Shown here: positions 1 to 7,873 of the stretch, in pieces | How the letters are laid out: every line of letters begins with the position of its first letter | Numbering within the stretch: the first letter of the stretch is position 1 | Assembly (NCBI GenBank): GCA_964476205.1 | Contig: CAYYZU010000001.1 | Coordinates: forward strand, 1-39,920 | Reading direction: 5' to 3' | From: an uncultured Actinomyces sp. | Lineage (GTDB): Bacteria > Actinomycetota > Actinomycetes > S36-B12 | DNA: 39,920 nucleotides | Notes under the pieces: model-generated | Told to the model about the DNA's origin: nothing | Seen by the model: only the letters and a program-made list of their open reading frames with translations | Database searches by the model: none | Position numbers and translations under genes: made by a program

Positions 1-683
1 ATGAAGCTCGCGCGGACCTGAACCGGTACGTCGCCTAGCCGGAGAGAAGCGGCCGTCGTGAGATCGACGCCGAGCCCCCCGGAGACCATCTCCACCGACT
101 CGACCTGCACGGCCTGGGCTCGCACGGCCCATGCGGCTCCGGTGAGGGGGTAGCAGCCCACGTCCAGCAGAGCGCCACCACCAAGCGCAGGATCGAGGCG
201 ATAGTTGCCTTCGTCCACCCCGTCGAAGACGAATGCGCCGTGCACGCCGGTCACCTTGCCGATGGCGTCGCTGGCGAGCAGCGCCGCAGCGCGAGCGGTG
301 CGCGGGTGCCACAGATTCCACGTGGCCTCCACGAGGAGTCCTCCCGTGGATGCGGCTACATCGCGCATGCGGCGTGCCTCGTCGGCGTTGCGGCCGAGTG
401 GCTTCTCGCAGAGGACGGCCTTGCCGGCTCCCAGGGCGCGCTCGGCCCAGGGGAGATGCCCGTCGTTGGACAGGGCGATGTAGACGGCATCCACGTCCGG
501 GTCGTCGACCACGGAGGCATAGTCGTCCACGGCGGCGCGACGCGGGCTCAGGGAGGCGGCCCTCAACTGATCGCGGGCCGCGACGACGTCGAGGGTGGCG
601 CCGTGGGCGCTGTGCATTGCCGGGGCGATGGCTCGTCGGGAGATCCATCCGGCTCCCAGGAGCCCCCATCGGGTCGGCGTCAT
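1..683 (-). CDS. Gfo/Idh/MocA family oxidoreductase (3' end lies beyond the window start)
   Basis: Absent from the ORF track because it has no stop in the window. Manual translation from the ATG at 683-681 gives MTPTRWGLLGAGWISRRAIAPAM...AVYIALSNDGHLPWAERALGAGKAVLCEKPL, i.e. a Rossmann N-terminus plus the EKP motif. Its start overlaps the upstream gene stop (680-682) as ATGA. Confidence 0.8.
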   Translation of the reverse strand, partial: MTPTRWGLLGAGWISRRAIAPAMHSAHGATLDVVAARDQLRAASLSPRRAAVDDYASVVDDPDVDAVYIALSNDGHLPWAERALGAGKAVLCEKPLGRNADEARRMRDVAASTGGLLVEATWNLWHPRTARAAALLASDAIGKVTGVHGAFVFDGVDEGNYRLDPALGGGALLDVGCYPLTGAAWAVRAQAVQVESVEMVSGGLGVDLTTAASLRLGDVPVQVRASF

Positions 684-2071
684 GCCGGCTTCACCGGGAG
701 ACCGCCCATGCGTGCCGACTCCTCCGCCGCCTCCAGCATGGCGATGACCCGTCTTGACTGCTCGCCACGCACCCGCGGGAGGAGTCCGCACTGCAGCCAC
801 AGGGATAGGTCGGCGTGGAAGGGGTGGGGCTCGACGTCACGGAACGCCAACTGCGTCACGTCGCCATCGGGGGAGTGGAGCCGGACACGAGGCGGCGCGT
901 CGGCCGGGGCGAGGACATCTTCGTCCAGGGTGCCGACGGCACTGCGCGACACGACGGACTCTCTGCGCCACTCGCCGGTGAGCGCCCCCTGCGTGCCGAG
1001 GACATACCACCGCGGCTTGAGCGCCGCGGCGAGGTCGGAGTAGACGAACGTTGCCTCGCGACCGCCTTCGAAGTGCAGAGTCATCCGGGAGTGATCCGCG
1101 TTGGTGACGTCGTGCCACACGCGCTTGTGATTGACAGCCGTGACGCTTTCGACGTCGCCCTCGACGAGGTCAAGGACCTGGTCGATGATGTGGGATCCCC
1201 AGTCGAACAGAGCCCCACCGGAGACTCCGGCATCGGAGTGCCAGTAGTTGCAGGGATGCCCGTAGCCGCCAACGAAGGCCTCCACGTGAAAGACCTCACC
1301 GATTCGACCTGCGCGCACGGCATCGCGGATCACGGCGTAGTCCGGATCGAAGCGGCGATTCTGGTAGACGGAGAGTGCGAGACCATCGCGCTGGGCCCGA
1401 TCGATCAGCGCATCGCACTCGCGAGTGGAGAGTGCCATGGGCTTCTCGACGACGACGTGCTTGCCTCGATCGAGGGCCGCCATGGCCCAGTACGCGTGGC
1501 TGTCGGGCGGCGTGGAGATGACGACCACCTCGACGTCGGGGTCGTCGAGGAGCTCGTCCGCGCTGTCGTGCACCCGGACGTCCGGATCGGATGCAAGGGC
1601 GACCGCTGCTCGCGCCGGATCGCGATCGCAGACGGCGACCAGGTGCAGGCCCGCGGTTTCGCGCACGGCTCGTGCATGTTCCGCGCCGATTGCCCCGAAG
1701 CCGAGCAGCCCCACGCCGCGAGATCTCGCGGGGGTCCTCAGGCTGTGGGCGGCCGCGGACAGCAACTCCAGGAACGCCGGATCTGCCCATGCGGCGGAAC
1801 CCTCGGGAAGCGCCACAAGCAGCTCGTCGTCGCTGCCTCGGGCGATGAGCGCATGCTCAGCGAGTCCGTGGAAGAAGGTGGCCAGCGCACCGGACACGGG
1901 CTGGCCGGGGATGGGCTCGGCCATGACCAGCACGTCGCCCCGGGGCCACTGAGGGAAGCGTGAGCGCACGCGCACCTCATGACGGGGAAGCGGTTGCCCC
2001 TGAGCGGAGACGAGCGCAACCTCCGCTGGGCGCGTTCCGTCCGGCCAGGGCAGCGTGTGCGGGTCGGGCAT
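680..2071 (-). CDS. Gfo/Idh/MocA family oxidoreductase with an N-terminal extension of about 120 aa
   Basis: ORF of 463 aa. The Rossmann fold starts near residue 120 (GLLGFGAIGAEHARAV) and is followed by VVVEKPMA. The full-length ATG at 2071 is supported by a TAGGGT hexamer 6 nt upstream (leaderless pattern) and by high third-position GC in the extension. Confidence 0.8.
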   Translation of the reverse strand: MPDPHTLPWPDGTRPAEVALVSAQGQPLPRHEVRVRSRFPQWPRGDVLVMAEPIPGQPVSGALATFFHGLAEHALIARGSDDELLVALPEGSAAWADPAFLELLSAAAHSLRTPARSRGVGLLGFGAIGAEHARAVRETAGLHLVAVCDRDPARAAVALASDPDVRVHDSADELLDDPDVEVVVISTPPDSHAYWAMAALDRGKHVVVEKPMALSTRECDALIDRAQRDGLALSVYQNRRFDPDYAVIRDAVRAGRIGEVFHVEAFVGGYGHPCNYWHSDAGVSGGALFDWGSHIIDQVLDLVEGDVESVTAVNHKRVWHDVTNADHSRMTLHFEGGREATFVYSDLAAALKPRWYVLGTQGALTGEWRRESVVSRSAVGTLDEDVLAPADAPPRVRLHSPDGDVTQLAFRDVEPHPFHADLSLWLQCGLLPRVRGEQSRRVIAMLEAAEESARMGGLPVKPA

Positions 2072-2077
2072 GGCCCA

Positions 2078-2083
2078 ACCCTA
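2078..2083 (-). promoter_or_regulatory. -10-like hexamer TAGGGT, 6 nt upstream of ATG 2071 (candidate leaderless promoter)
   Basis: The reverse complement of acccta is TAGGGT, followed by the spacer tgggcc and then ATG. No SD is present. Confidence 0.45.
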
Positions 2084-2133
2084 GGGGACGCGCGGTGAGC
2101 GCGCGGGTCCTTGCCGGTGGCTGGCGTGGGGCC

Positions 2134-2139
2134 TAGCCT
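2134..2139 (+). promoter_or_regulatory. -10-like hexamer TAGCCT, 7 nt upstream of GTG 2147 (candidate leaderless promoter)
   Basis: The sequence reads TAGCCT cggctct GTG ATG. It is divergent from the 2078-2083 element. Confidence 0.4.
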
Positions 2140-2146
2140 CGGCTCT

Positions 2147-2299
2147 GTGATGCTCCTCATGTTCGTCGTCTGGCTCGTGGTCTTCATCGGGATCTTCCGC
2201 GGATGGCGATGGATTCCGCTTCTGGCCCTCGCCAACCTGGCCTACACGCTGCTGGTCTTGCGCATCCACATGACCGACCCGATCCCGCTCAACTTCTAG
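2147..2299 (+). CDS. Small hydrophobic membrane protein of about 50 aa (resembles DUF5993-type peptides found next to DsbB-like genes)
   Basis: Translation is (V)MLLMFVVWLVVFIGIFRGWRWIPLLALANLAYTLLVLRIHMTDPIPLNF, with two predicted TM helices. The track ORF 2111-2299 is trimmed to GTG 2147 or ATG 2150. The stop lies 8 nt before the DsbB-like start. The family name is from memory. Confidence 0.5.
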   Translation: MMLLMFVVWLVVFIGIFRGWRWIPLLALANLAYTLLVLRIHMTDPIPLNF

Positions 2300-2307
2300 G
2301 GGCAGAC

Positions 2308-3042
2308 GTGACGACTTCCCAGGTGACAGCGCCCACCTCCCGGTGGAGCATGGCTCCCGACCGCGCGGTCTTCCTCTCTCGACTGATCAACATCGCTGCG
2401 CTCCTCGGCCTTATCGGCGTGCTCGCGGGCTCTCTGCATCTGCAGTTCGGTGCGGGGGAGCAGCCATGCCCCCTGTGCATCGTGCAGCGATCGGGGATGG
2501 TGGGCCTCGCCGTCGGCCCCATCATGAACCTCTTGTGGGGCATTAAGGCTCGGCACTACGCACTGAGCATCCTCGCGGCTGTTGTGGGGGCCGCCGGATC
2601 GACGCGGCAGATCCTCTTGCACATCGCCGATCCAGCCGATCCCGGATACGGACCGGAGGTCTTCGGCTGGCACCTCTACACCTGGGCGCTGGTCACCTTC
2701 ATCGTCGCCATCGTGGGCTGCGCCCTGCTCATCATGTGGCAAGCGCCATTCGAGGCCGGAGATGAGGGAGTCCTGCGTGACCCGGGCTCGATGCGACCCA
2801 TCGTCACCGCGCTGGTGGTGTGGCTCAGCCTCGTCGTTGTCATCTGGGTCACCATCGACCTGGCCGTCATCGGGCTCTCGGTGATACCGGAGTGCGGCCT
2901 GGGTGAATGCCCGGATGACCCTGAGAACACCAACGCTCTGGGCAACCTCGGTGGCTGGTTTGCCGTGCTCGCGGTCGGACTGGTCGCGGCGGTCGTTGCC
3001 GCGATCATCGAACGCCGCTGGCGCGCCAAGGAGCGGGTCTAG
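2308..3042 (+). CDS. DsbB-family disulfide bond formation protein, atypical form with 6 predicted TM helices
   Basis: The motif PCPLCIVQRSGMVG matches the DsbB C-x-x-C-I-x-x-R signature at the TM1/TM2 loop. A second Cys pair, PECGLGECPDD, lies in the last extracytoplasmic loop. The start is GTG 2308, preceded by AGGGG. The track's longer start at 2203 overlaps the upstream small gene. Confidence 0.7.
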   Translation: MTTSQVTAPTSRWSMAPDRAVFLSRLINIAALLGLIGVLAGSLHLQFGAGEQPCPLCIVQRSGMVGLAVGPIMNLLWGIKARHYALSILAAVVGAAGSTRQILLHIADPADPGYGPEVFGWHLYTWALVTFIVAIVGCALLIMWQAPFEAGDEGVLRDPGSMRPIVTALVVWLSLVVVIWVTIDLAVIGLSVIPECGLGECPDDPENTNALGNLGGWFAVLAVGLVAAVVAAIIERRWRAKERV

Positions 3043-3088
3043 CGCCCAAGAAGTCGATCTAGGGCGCCAGCCCGCCTACGCAGTCGGA

Positions 3089-3556
3089 CTACAGGGCGCC
3101 GCGCTGGCTATCGCCATGGTCGCGCAGGGGATCGATTCCCGCGATGTGCTGACCTAGGCGAAGCAACTGCTCGTCGGTGAGGTCGTCGATGTCGGCACGG
3201 ACCTCACCGAGGATGCGCGCCGCGATATCGCGACGGTGCTTCTCGATGTAGGACGCCAGGTGGTGGCTCGCGTTTGCCTTGCCCTTGCCGTGGCCGAGCA
3301 GGATGATCCCGGCAGCGGGAGCGAGCGCCTCGGTGAGCAGCGACCAATAGGCGTCGCTGTCGTCGAGATAGTTGCCACTGACGTTGCCATCGTGGTGGTA
3401 GACGTTGTGGAAGCGCTTGCGGGGATCCTCGGCAACCACGTGCTCGGGTGCCGAGTGATCGGGGGAGTCAAGCGCATAGATGCGGGTGCTGTGGAAGTCC
3501 ACGGCCGCAACCGCGACGCGACCGCTCAGGTCGATGGCATCCGTGACGTTGTGCAT
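3089..3556 (-). CDS. Hypothetical protein of 155 aa, eRF1-domain-3 / host-attachment-like (baeRF-type; tentatively the family labelled translational machinery protein)
   Basis: The sequence is MHNVTDAIDLSGRVAVAAVDFHSTRIYALD...AGIILLGHGKGKANASHHLASYIEKHRRDIAARILGEVRADIDDLTDEQLLRL. The layout is an N-terminal beta hairpin, then a hydrophobic core strand, then a D..t..el tail, as in host-attachment/baeRF proteins as I remember them. The ATG at 3556 lies 1 nt after the upstream stop, and GAGGAGG ends 6 nt before that ATG. The track's 254-aa ORF is a shadow extension. Confidence 0.6.
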   Translation of the reverse strand: MHNVTDAIDLSGRVAVAAVDFHSTRIYALDSPDHSAPEHVVAEDPRKRFHNVYHHDGNVSGNYLDDSDAYWSLLTEALAPAAGIILLGHGKGKANASHHLASYIEKHRRDIAARILGEVRADIDDLTDEQLLRLGQHIAGIDPLRDHGDSQRGAL

Positions 3557-3557
3557 G

Positions 3558-3860
3558 TCAGACCTCCTCGCCGGGCTTCTTGGGATCGAAACCGGCGTTG
3601 CGCAGCATGCGACGCAGGTCCACCACCATCTGGGTGCCGATGTCCTTGCTCTGGGGGCGCTCGAAGATCTCAGTCTCGGGGCCCACTGTGATCTTGAACT
3701 TGCCGTCGTGACGCTCCTCGACCTCGCCGACGTGCTCGAGGAGCGAGATCGTGTCCGCCCAGCGGATGTTGTGGCTCGTCGGATGGCTGAAGATCGCCGT
3801 GAGCGTGTTGAGATGGTGGTTGTTAAGGTGAATGGGCTCGTCACCCGTGCCATGTGCCAT
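3558..3860 (-). CDS. HicA-like small protein of 100 aa (putative mRNA-interferase-fold component)
   Basis: NTLTAIFSHPTSHNIRWADTISLLEHVGEVEERHDGKFKITVGPETEIFERPQSKDIGTQMVVDLRRMLRNAGF resembles the TL..IF..P....I.W.D...LL...G ... G.....V ... LR..L..AG pattern of one HicA (YcfA-like) subfamily. This is recognition by eye only. Confidence 0.55.
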   Translation of the reverse strand: MAHGTGDEPIHLNNHHLNTLTAIFSHPTSHNIRWADTISLLEHVGEVEERHDGKFKITVGPETEIFERPQSKDIGTQMVVDLRRMLRNAGFDPKKPGEEV

Positions 3861-3905
3861 GGCCGAAGCCTGCCAGACGACTCGTCGCGTGAGGCTGAGG
3901 GGTCC

Positions 3906-3911
3906 TAGCCT
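3906..3911 (+). promoter_or_regulatory. -10-like hexamer TAGCCT, 6 nt upstream of ATG 3918 (candidate leaderless promoter)
   Basis: The sequence reads TAGCCT gtggcc ATG. No SD is present. Confidence 0.45.
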
Positions 3912-3917
3912 GTGGCC

Positions 3918-4661
3918 ATGACCGGTCGCATTCTCATCACGGGTGGCTCACGCGGTATCGGTGCTGCCACCGCCCGACGATTCGCCGCCGACGGATGGCG
4001 AGTGGCGGTGCATTTCCACTCCAGTCCTGATGCGGTCGGTGAGGTCCTTGAATCGCTCCAGGGGACCGGGCACGTCGCTGTCCGAGCAGACCTGCGGGAT
4101 TCCGCCGCCATTTCCGGAATGGTGGAAGAGGCCGTGGCAGGGCTGGGGGGTCTCGACGTCGTGGTGAACAACGCGGGTGTTTTCTTCGACCACCCCATAG
4201 ACGAGGTCGACTTCGAGACCTGGCTCGATGCCTGGCGCCAGACGCTCGACATCAACCTGCTCGCGCCCGCACTCGTCTCCTGGCACGCCGTCCGGCACAT
4301 GGGCCCGGGTGGACGCATCATCAATGTCGGATCGCGGGGTGCCTTCCGCGGTGAGCCGCACAGCCCCGCCTACGGTGCGAGCAAGGCGGGCATCGCGGCG
4401 TTCGGTCAGTCGCTGGCGAAGTACCTCGGGGCTCGAGGTATCGCCGTGACCACCGTCGCCCCCGGATTCGTCGAGACCGATATGGCCACGGAGGCAATGG
4501 CCGGTGAGGGGGGTGTCGTGCGTCGCGCGGAAAGCCCCTTCGGGCGGATCGCACATCCTGACGAGATCGCTGCGACCATCGCCTTCCTGGCATCGCCCGA
4601 GGCTGAGTGGGTGAGTGGCGGCATCATCGACCTCAATGGGGCCTCATATCTGCGCATGTGA
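3918..4661 (+). CDS. SDR family oxidoreductase (FabG-like)
   Basis: The protein carries ITGGSRGIGAATARRFA (TGxxxGIG), NNAG and YGASKAG (YxxxK). ATG 3918 is preferred over GTG 3912 because of the upstream -10 spacing. Confidence 0.85.
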   Translation: MTGRILITGGSRGIGAATARRFAADGWRVAVHFHSSPDAVGEVLESLQGTGHVAVRADLRDSAAISGMVEEAVAGLGGLDVVVNNAGVFFDHPIDEVDFETWLDAWRQTLDINLLAPALVSWHAVRHMGPGGRIINVGSRGAFRGEPHSPAYGASKAGIAAFGQSLAKYLGARGIAVTTVAPGFVETDMATEAMAGEGGVVRRAESPFGRIAHPDEIAATIAFLASPEAEWVSGGIIDLNGASYLRM

Positions 4662-4670
4662 GCCCGGCCG

Positions 4671-5501
4671 TCAGGTCCCGAGCAGGAAATCCCGCAAGAG
4701 TCGATTGAACTCCGCAGCATGCTCGATCTGCGTCCAGTGCCCGCAGTTGCCGAACACGTGCAATTGCGCGTCGGCAATGAGTTCGAAGAGCCGGAGCGAG
4801 GTGGCAAGGGGGATGACCCGGTCCTCGCGCCCGTGGAAGATCAGCGTGGGGGCCCCGATGGACGACACAAGCGACTCGTCGTGCGACAACGCCGTCACCC
4901 AGCGCTGGCGCGGTGCCGGGAACATCTGTGCGTACGCCTCGTGGACACCCGGCCTGATGCTCGCCTCGAAGCGCAGCCGCGCTAGGTCTTCAAGGCCGGG
5001 GGCGGGTGTAGCGGTGAAGACGCGCAGGAGTTCGGCCATGGCTTCAACGCTCGGCTCGTAGCCCCACACCGCATCGAGGCCCGGCGTGATCGGGAAGTCG
5101 AGGCCGACCGCACCCATGAGGCCGAGACGGCGGACGCGCTCGGGATGCCGGATGGCGAGCGACAGTGCGAGCGAGCCGCCGAACGAGTTGCCGACGACAT
5201 GCGCCTGGTCGATGCCGAGCGCATCGAGCACGCCCGTCACGTGAAGGGTCCAGGTGTCGAGGTCATAGGCATCGATCGGGCGCTCGGTGTAGCCGAAGCC
5301 CACGATGTCGGGAGCGACGACGCGGAAGTGCGGCGTGAGCGCGGGGATCGTGAGGCGCCAGTTCGCCCACGCACTCACGCCGGGCCCCGAGCCGTGGATG
5401 AGCAGCACGGTCCCGCCCCCGGGATCGAAGCCCGTGTCGTGCACGTTGGTGCGGATACCGGCCGCGAGGACCGTCGCGCCGATCTCGGGATTCGTGGTCA
5501 C
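4671..5501 (-). CDS. Alpha/beta hydrolase (meta-cleavage-product hydrolase-like)
   Basis: The protein has the HGSGPG oxyanion region, the GNSFGG nucleophile elbow, and HGREDRVIP...CGHWTQIEH. GTG 5501 overlaps the upstream stop as GTGA, and GGAGG lies 8 nt upstream. Confidence 0.85.
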   Translation of the reverse strand: MTTNPEIGATVLAAGIRTNVHDTGFDPGGGTVLLIHGSGPGVSAWANWRLTIPALTPHFRVVAPDIVGFGYTERPIDAYDLDTWTLHVTGVLDALGIDQAHVVGNSFGGSLALSLAIRHPERVRRLGLMGAVGLDFPITPGLDAVWGYEPSVEAMAELLRVFTATPAPGLEDLARLRFEASIRPGVHEAYAQMFPAPRQRWVTALSHDESLVSSIGAPTLIFHGREDRVIPLATSLRLFELIADAQLHVFGNCGHWTQIEHAAEFNRLLRDFLLGT

Positions 5502-6310
5502 GGTGCATCCTCCTGGCCTCGGGTTCCTGCGAGGGTCGACTTCGAGAGCTTGGCCCCCGTTGTGTCCGTGATGAGCTCATGGTGCACGTAGACGGCCTCG
5601 ACGACGTTGGCAGCTTCCATCCACTGCGCGAGGTGGATCTGGGCCGCGCTCGAGGCGAGCAGGTCCCTGCCTCGCACGACATGCGTGACACCTAGGTCGC
5701 GATCTTCTACGACCGACACGAGTTGGTAGGCGGGGAGATCGTCGCGCCTCCAGATGACGAAGTCGCCCATTTCCTCCTCCAGGGGGATCATCTCGCCTCC
5801 CACGGTCACCTGCATGCCACCGTCGATCGCGGCTCGCAGGGCGGTGCGCCCTGGCTCGAGCGGGAGGGACCTGCCGCGGCATCCACCGGCGCAGCCTCCG
5901 CGTGCAGGGCCCGACTGTCGCGACCGGGAGCAGGCGCATGCGTAGACGGGCAGGCCACATCTGATCGCCTCGCGGAGTTGCTGCCGGTAGTACTCCGTCT
6001 TGGCGCGCTGGGACCAGTTCCGCTCGAAGTCGTCCACGTCGACCGGACCTACCGTCCACGCGATGCCCATGTCACGCAGGGTCGCGAAGATGTCCTCGGC
6101 GTACTCCCGTCGGTAGCGAGCCGCGTCGGCGTCATCGATACGCAGGGCAAGTGACGCCCCTAGCGCGCGCGCCAGGTCCGCGGTGCGGCGGAAGTTCAGA
6201 CGATTGCCCTCGTGCAGGAATCCGCTCGGCGTGGGTGCGAGGCGCGCGAGTGGTGTGAGCCCGGCGGGAGGCATGGGCCCATCATGCCGCGCCGCCGGGC
6301 GTCGGATCAT
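5498..6310 (-). CDS. Glutamyl-Q tRNA(Asp) synthetase-like class I aaRS catalytic-domain protein
   Basis: The motifs are LAPTPSGFLHEGN (P-S-G-x-L-H-x-G), YACACSRSR...C..C (a Zn cluster as in GluQRS), DFVIWRRDDLPAYQLVSVVEDRDLGVTHVVRGRDL and GAKLSKST. The start is either ATG 6310 (ATGA overlap with the permease stop) or ATG 6274. The track's 495-aa ORF is a shadow extension into the permease gene. Confidence 0.7.
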   Translation of the reverse strand: MIRRPAARHDGPMPPAGLTPLARLAPTPSGFLHEGNRLNFRRTADLARALGASLALRIDDADAARYRREYAEDIFATLRDMGIAWTVGPVDVDDFERNWSQRAKTEYYRQQLREAIRCGLPVYACACSRSRQSGPARGGCAGGCRGRSLPLEPGRTALRAAIDGGMQVTVGGEMIPLEEEMGDFVIWRRDDLPAYQLVSVVEDRDLGVTHVVRGRDLLASSAAQIHLAQWMEAANVVEAVYVHHELITDTTGAKLSKSTLAGTRGQEDAP

Positions 6311-7806
6311 CCGCCGCCGAAGAGGTTCCGGATCGGATCGATGGCGAAGTAGACGAGGAAGGCGCCGGACACGATCCACATGAGCCAGTTGACCTCGCGC
6401 GCCTTGCCGGTGGCGATCTTGATGATGCAGTAGCTCACGAATCCCGCTCCGATGCCGTTGACCAGGGAGTAGGTGAAGGGCATGAGCACGATCGTGAGGA
6501 AGCAGGGGATGCCGATGGTCAGGTCCGTGAAGTCGATATGCCGGATCTGGCTCATCATGAGGAAGCCGACGACCACGAGGGCGGGTGCGGCGGCCTCGTA
6601 GGGGATGACGGTCACGATGGGGGAGATGAGCATGGCCACGAGGAAGAGCGCCCCCGTGACGAGCGAGGCGATACCTGTGCGGGCCCCATCCCCGATGCCG
6701 GCGGCCGACTCGATGTAGGCCGTATTGCTCGATGCGGACGCCGCTCCGCCCGCCACGGCGGACAGCGAGTCCACCACCAGGATGCTCTGGAAGTGCGGGA
6801 TCTCGCCCTTGTCGTCGAGCAGGTCTGCCTCTGTTGCCAGGCCGAAGGCCGTGCCCATGGTGTCGAAGAAGTCGCTGAGGAGGAGCGCGAAGATCGCGAG
6901 CAGTGCGGCGACGACGCCGATCGCCTGGAACGAACCGAAGAGGTTGAACTGTCCGAGGAGCCCCAGGTCGGGCGTAGAGATCCACGTGCTGGGTACGGCG
7001 GGCACGTTGAGTCCCCAGCCGGTGGGGTTGGTCACGGCGCCGTCGGGGCCAGTCTTGGGCCCGACCTTGAAGACGGTCTCGATGATGATGGCGATGACCG
7101 TGGTCGCGAGAATGCCGATGAGGATTGCTCCGCGCACCTTGCGCACCATGAGGATGATGGTGATGACAAGGCCGAGCACGAAGGTAAGGATCGGCCAGCC
7201 CCTGAGTTCACCGAAGACACCGAAGGAGAGCAGGGGTACGCCTGGTCGGACGATTCCGGCATCGACCAGGCCGATGAGCGTGATGAAGAGCCCGATACCG
7301 ACGCCGATGGCGTACTTGAGCTGCTCGGGCACCGCTTTGAACACGGCGGCACGGAAACCTGTCAGGACCAGCAGCAGGATGAGGATGCCCTCGAGGACGA
7401 CGATGCCCATCGCGTCGGCCCAGGTCATCTGGGGCGCCAGCGTGAAGGCTACGACGGGGATGAGTCCTAGGCCGGCTGCGATCGCGATCGGGAAGCGCCC
7501 GATGGCACCCATGAGGATCGTCATGACTCCCGCGACGAGCGCGACGGATGCCGACACCATGGTGATCGCCTTGACGACGTCAGCCGTCCCGCCCACGTAC
7601 AGGCCGTTGACGTCTTTGGCGGTGCCGATGATGAGGGGCGCGAGCACCACGATGTAGGCCATCGTGAAGAACGTGACGAAGCCGCCACGAATCTCACGGC
7701 CGTAGGTGGAGCCCCGGGCCGTGAGGGAGAACCAGCGGTCGAACGACGACACGGCTCGCTGGGTGGACTGATCGGGGGGAGCAGACAAGGAAACCTCCGA
7801 GGTCAT
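6307..7806 (-). CDS. NCS2 (AzgA-type) nucleobase permease, probably adenine/guanine/hypoxanthine
   Basis: The sequence FDRWFSLTARGSTYGREIRGGFVTFFTMAYIVVLAP and the multi-TM body are typical of the family. The start is trimmed to ATG 7806, because the longer ORF start at 7947 abuts the tRNA. Confidence 0.8.
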   Translation of the reverse strand: MTSEVSLSAPPDQSTQRAVSSFDRWFSLTARGSTYGREIRGGFVTFFTMAYIVVLAPLIIGTAKDVNGLYVGGTADVVKAITMVSASVALVAGVMTILMGAIGRFPIAIAAGLGLIPVVAFTLAPQMTWADAMGIVVLEGILILLLVLTGFRAAVFKAVPEQLKYAIGVGIGLFITLIGLVDAGIVRPGVPLLSFGVFGELRGWPILTFVLGLVITIILMVRKVRGAILIGILATTVIAIIIETVFKVGPKTGPDGAVTNPTGWGLNVPAVPSTWISTPDLGLLGQFNLFGSFQAIGVVAALLAIFALLLSDFFDTMGTAFGLATEADLLDDKGEIPHFQSILVVDSLSAVAGGAASASSNTAYIESAAGIGDGARTGIASLVTGALFLVAMLISPIVTVIPYEAAAPALVVVGFLMMSQIRHIDFTDLTIGIPCFLTIVLMPFTYSLVNGIGAGFVSYCIIKIATGKAREVNWLMWIVSGAFLVYFAIDPIRNLFGGG

Positions 7807-7873
7807 GGCGACGGAGGCCTGCCGGTCAAGGGAAGGCGCCGCGGGAGCGACGCTGCACGACGAGCCGGGACGG

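Noticed and set aside
815-1963. Long ORFs antisense to, or out of frame with, recognisable genes. Examples are 815-1963 (+), 6538-7470 (+), 6725-7657 (+), 9775-10734 (+), 12830-13894 (+) and 15049-15858 (-). Further examples are 15690-16574 (-), 18256-19164 (-), 22293-23132 (-), 23214-24131 (-), 29870-31027 (-), 30858-31778 (-), 32303-33427 (-) and 34466-35263 (-).
   Set aside because: They lie opposite or overlapping genes with clear family motifs. Their products are Arg/Gly/Pro/Ala-rich, low-complexity and lack any recognisable motif. This is the expected stop-codon-poor shadow-ORF behaviour of high-GC DNA.
3089-3853. A 254-aa ORF spanning both genes of the HicA-like/eRF1-like module.
   Set aside because: Its first 99 aa are an out-of-frame shadow (Ser/Arg/Thr-rich) of the 3558-3860 gene. 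An ATG at 3556 with a GAGGAGG SD gives the sensible 155-aa product.
5498-6985. A 495-aa ORF suggesting a large fusion protein upstream of the GluQRS-like domain.
   Set aside because: The N-terminal part of about 225 aa overlaps the NCS2 permease gene in another frame and is Arg/Pro/His-rich with no motif. The aaRS motifs begin right after ATG 6274/6310, which also coincides with the permease stop.
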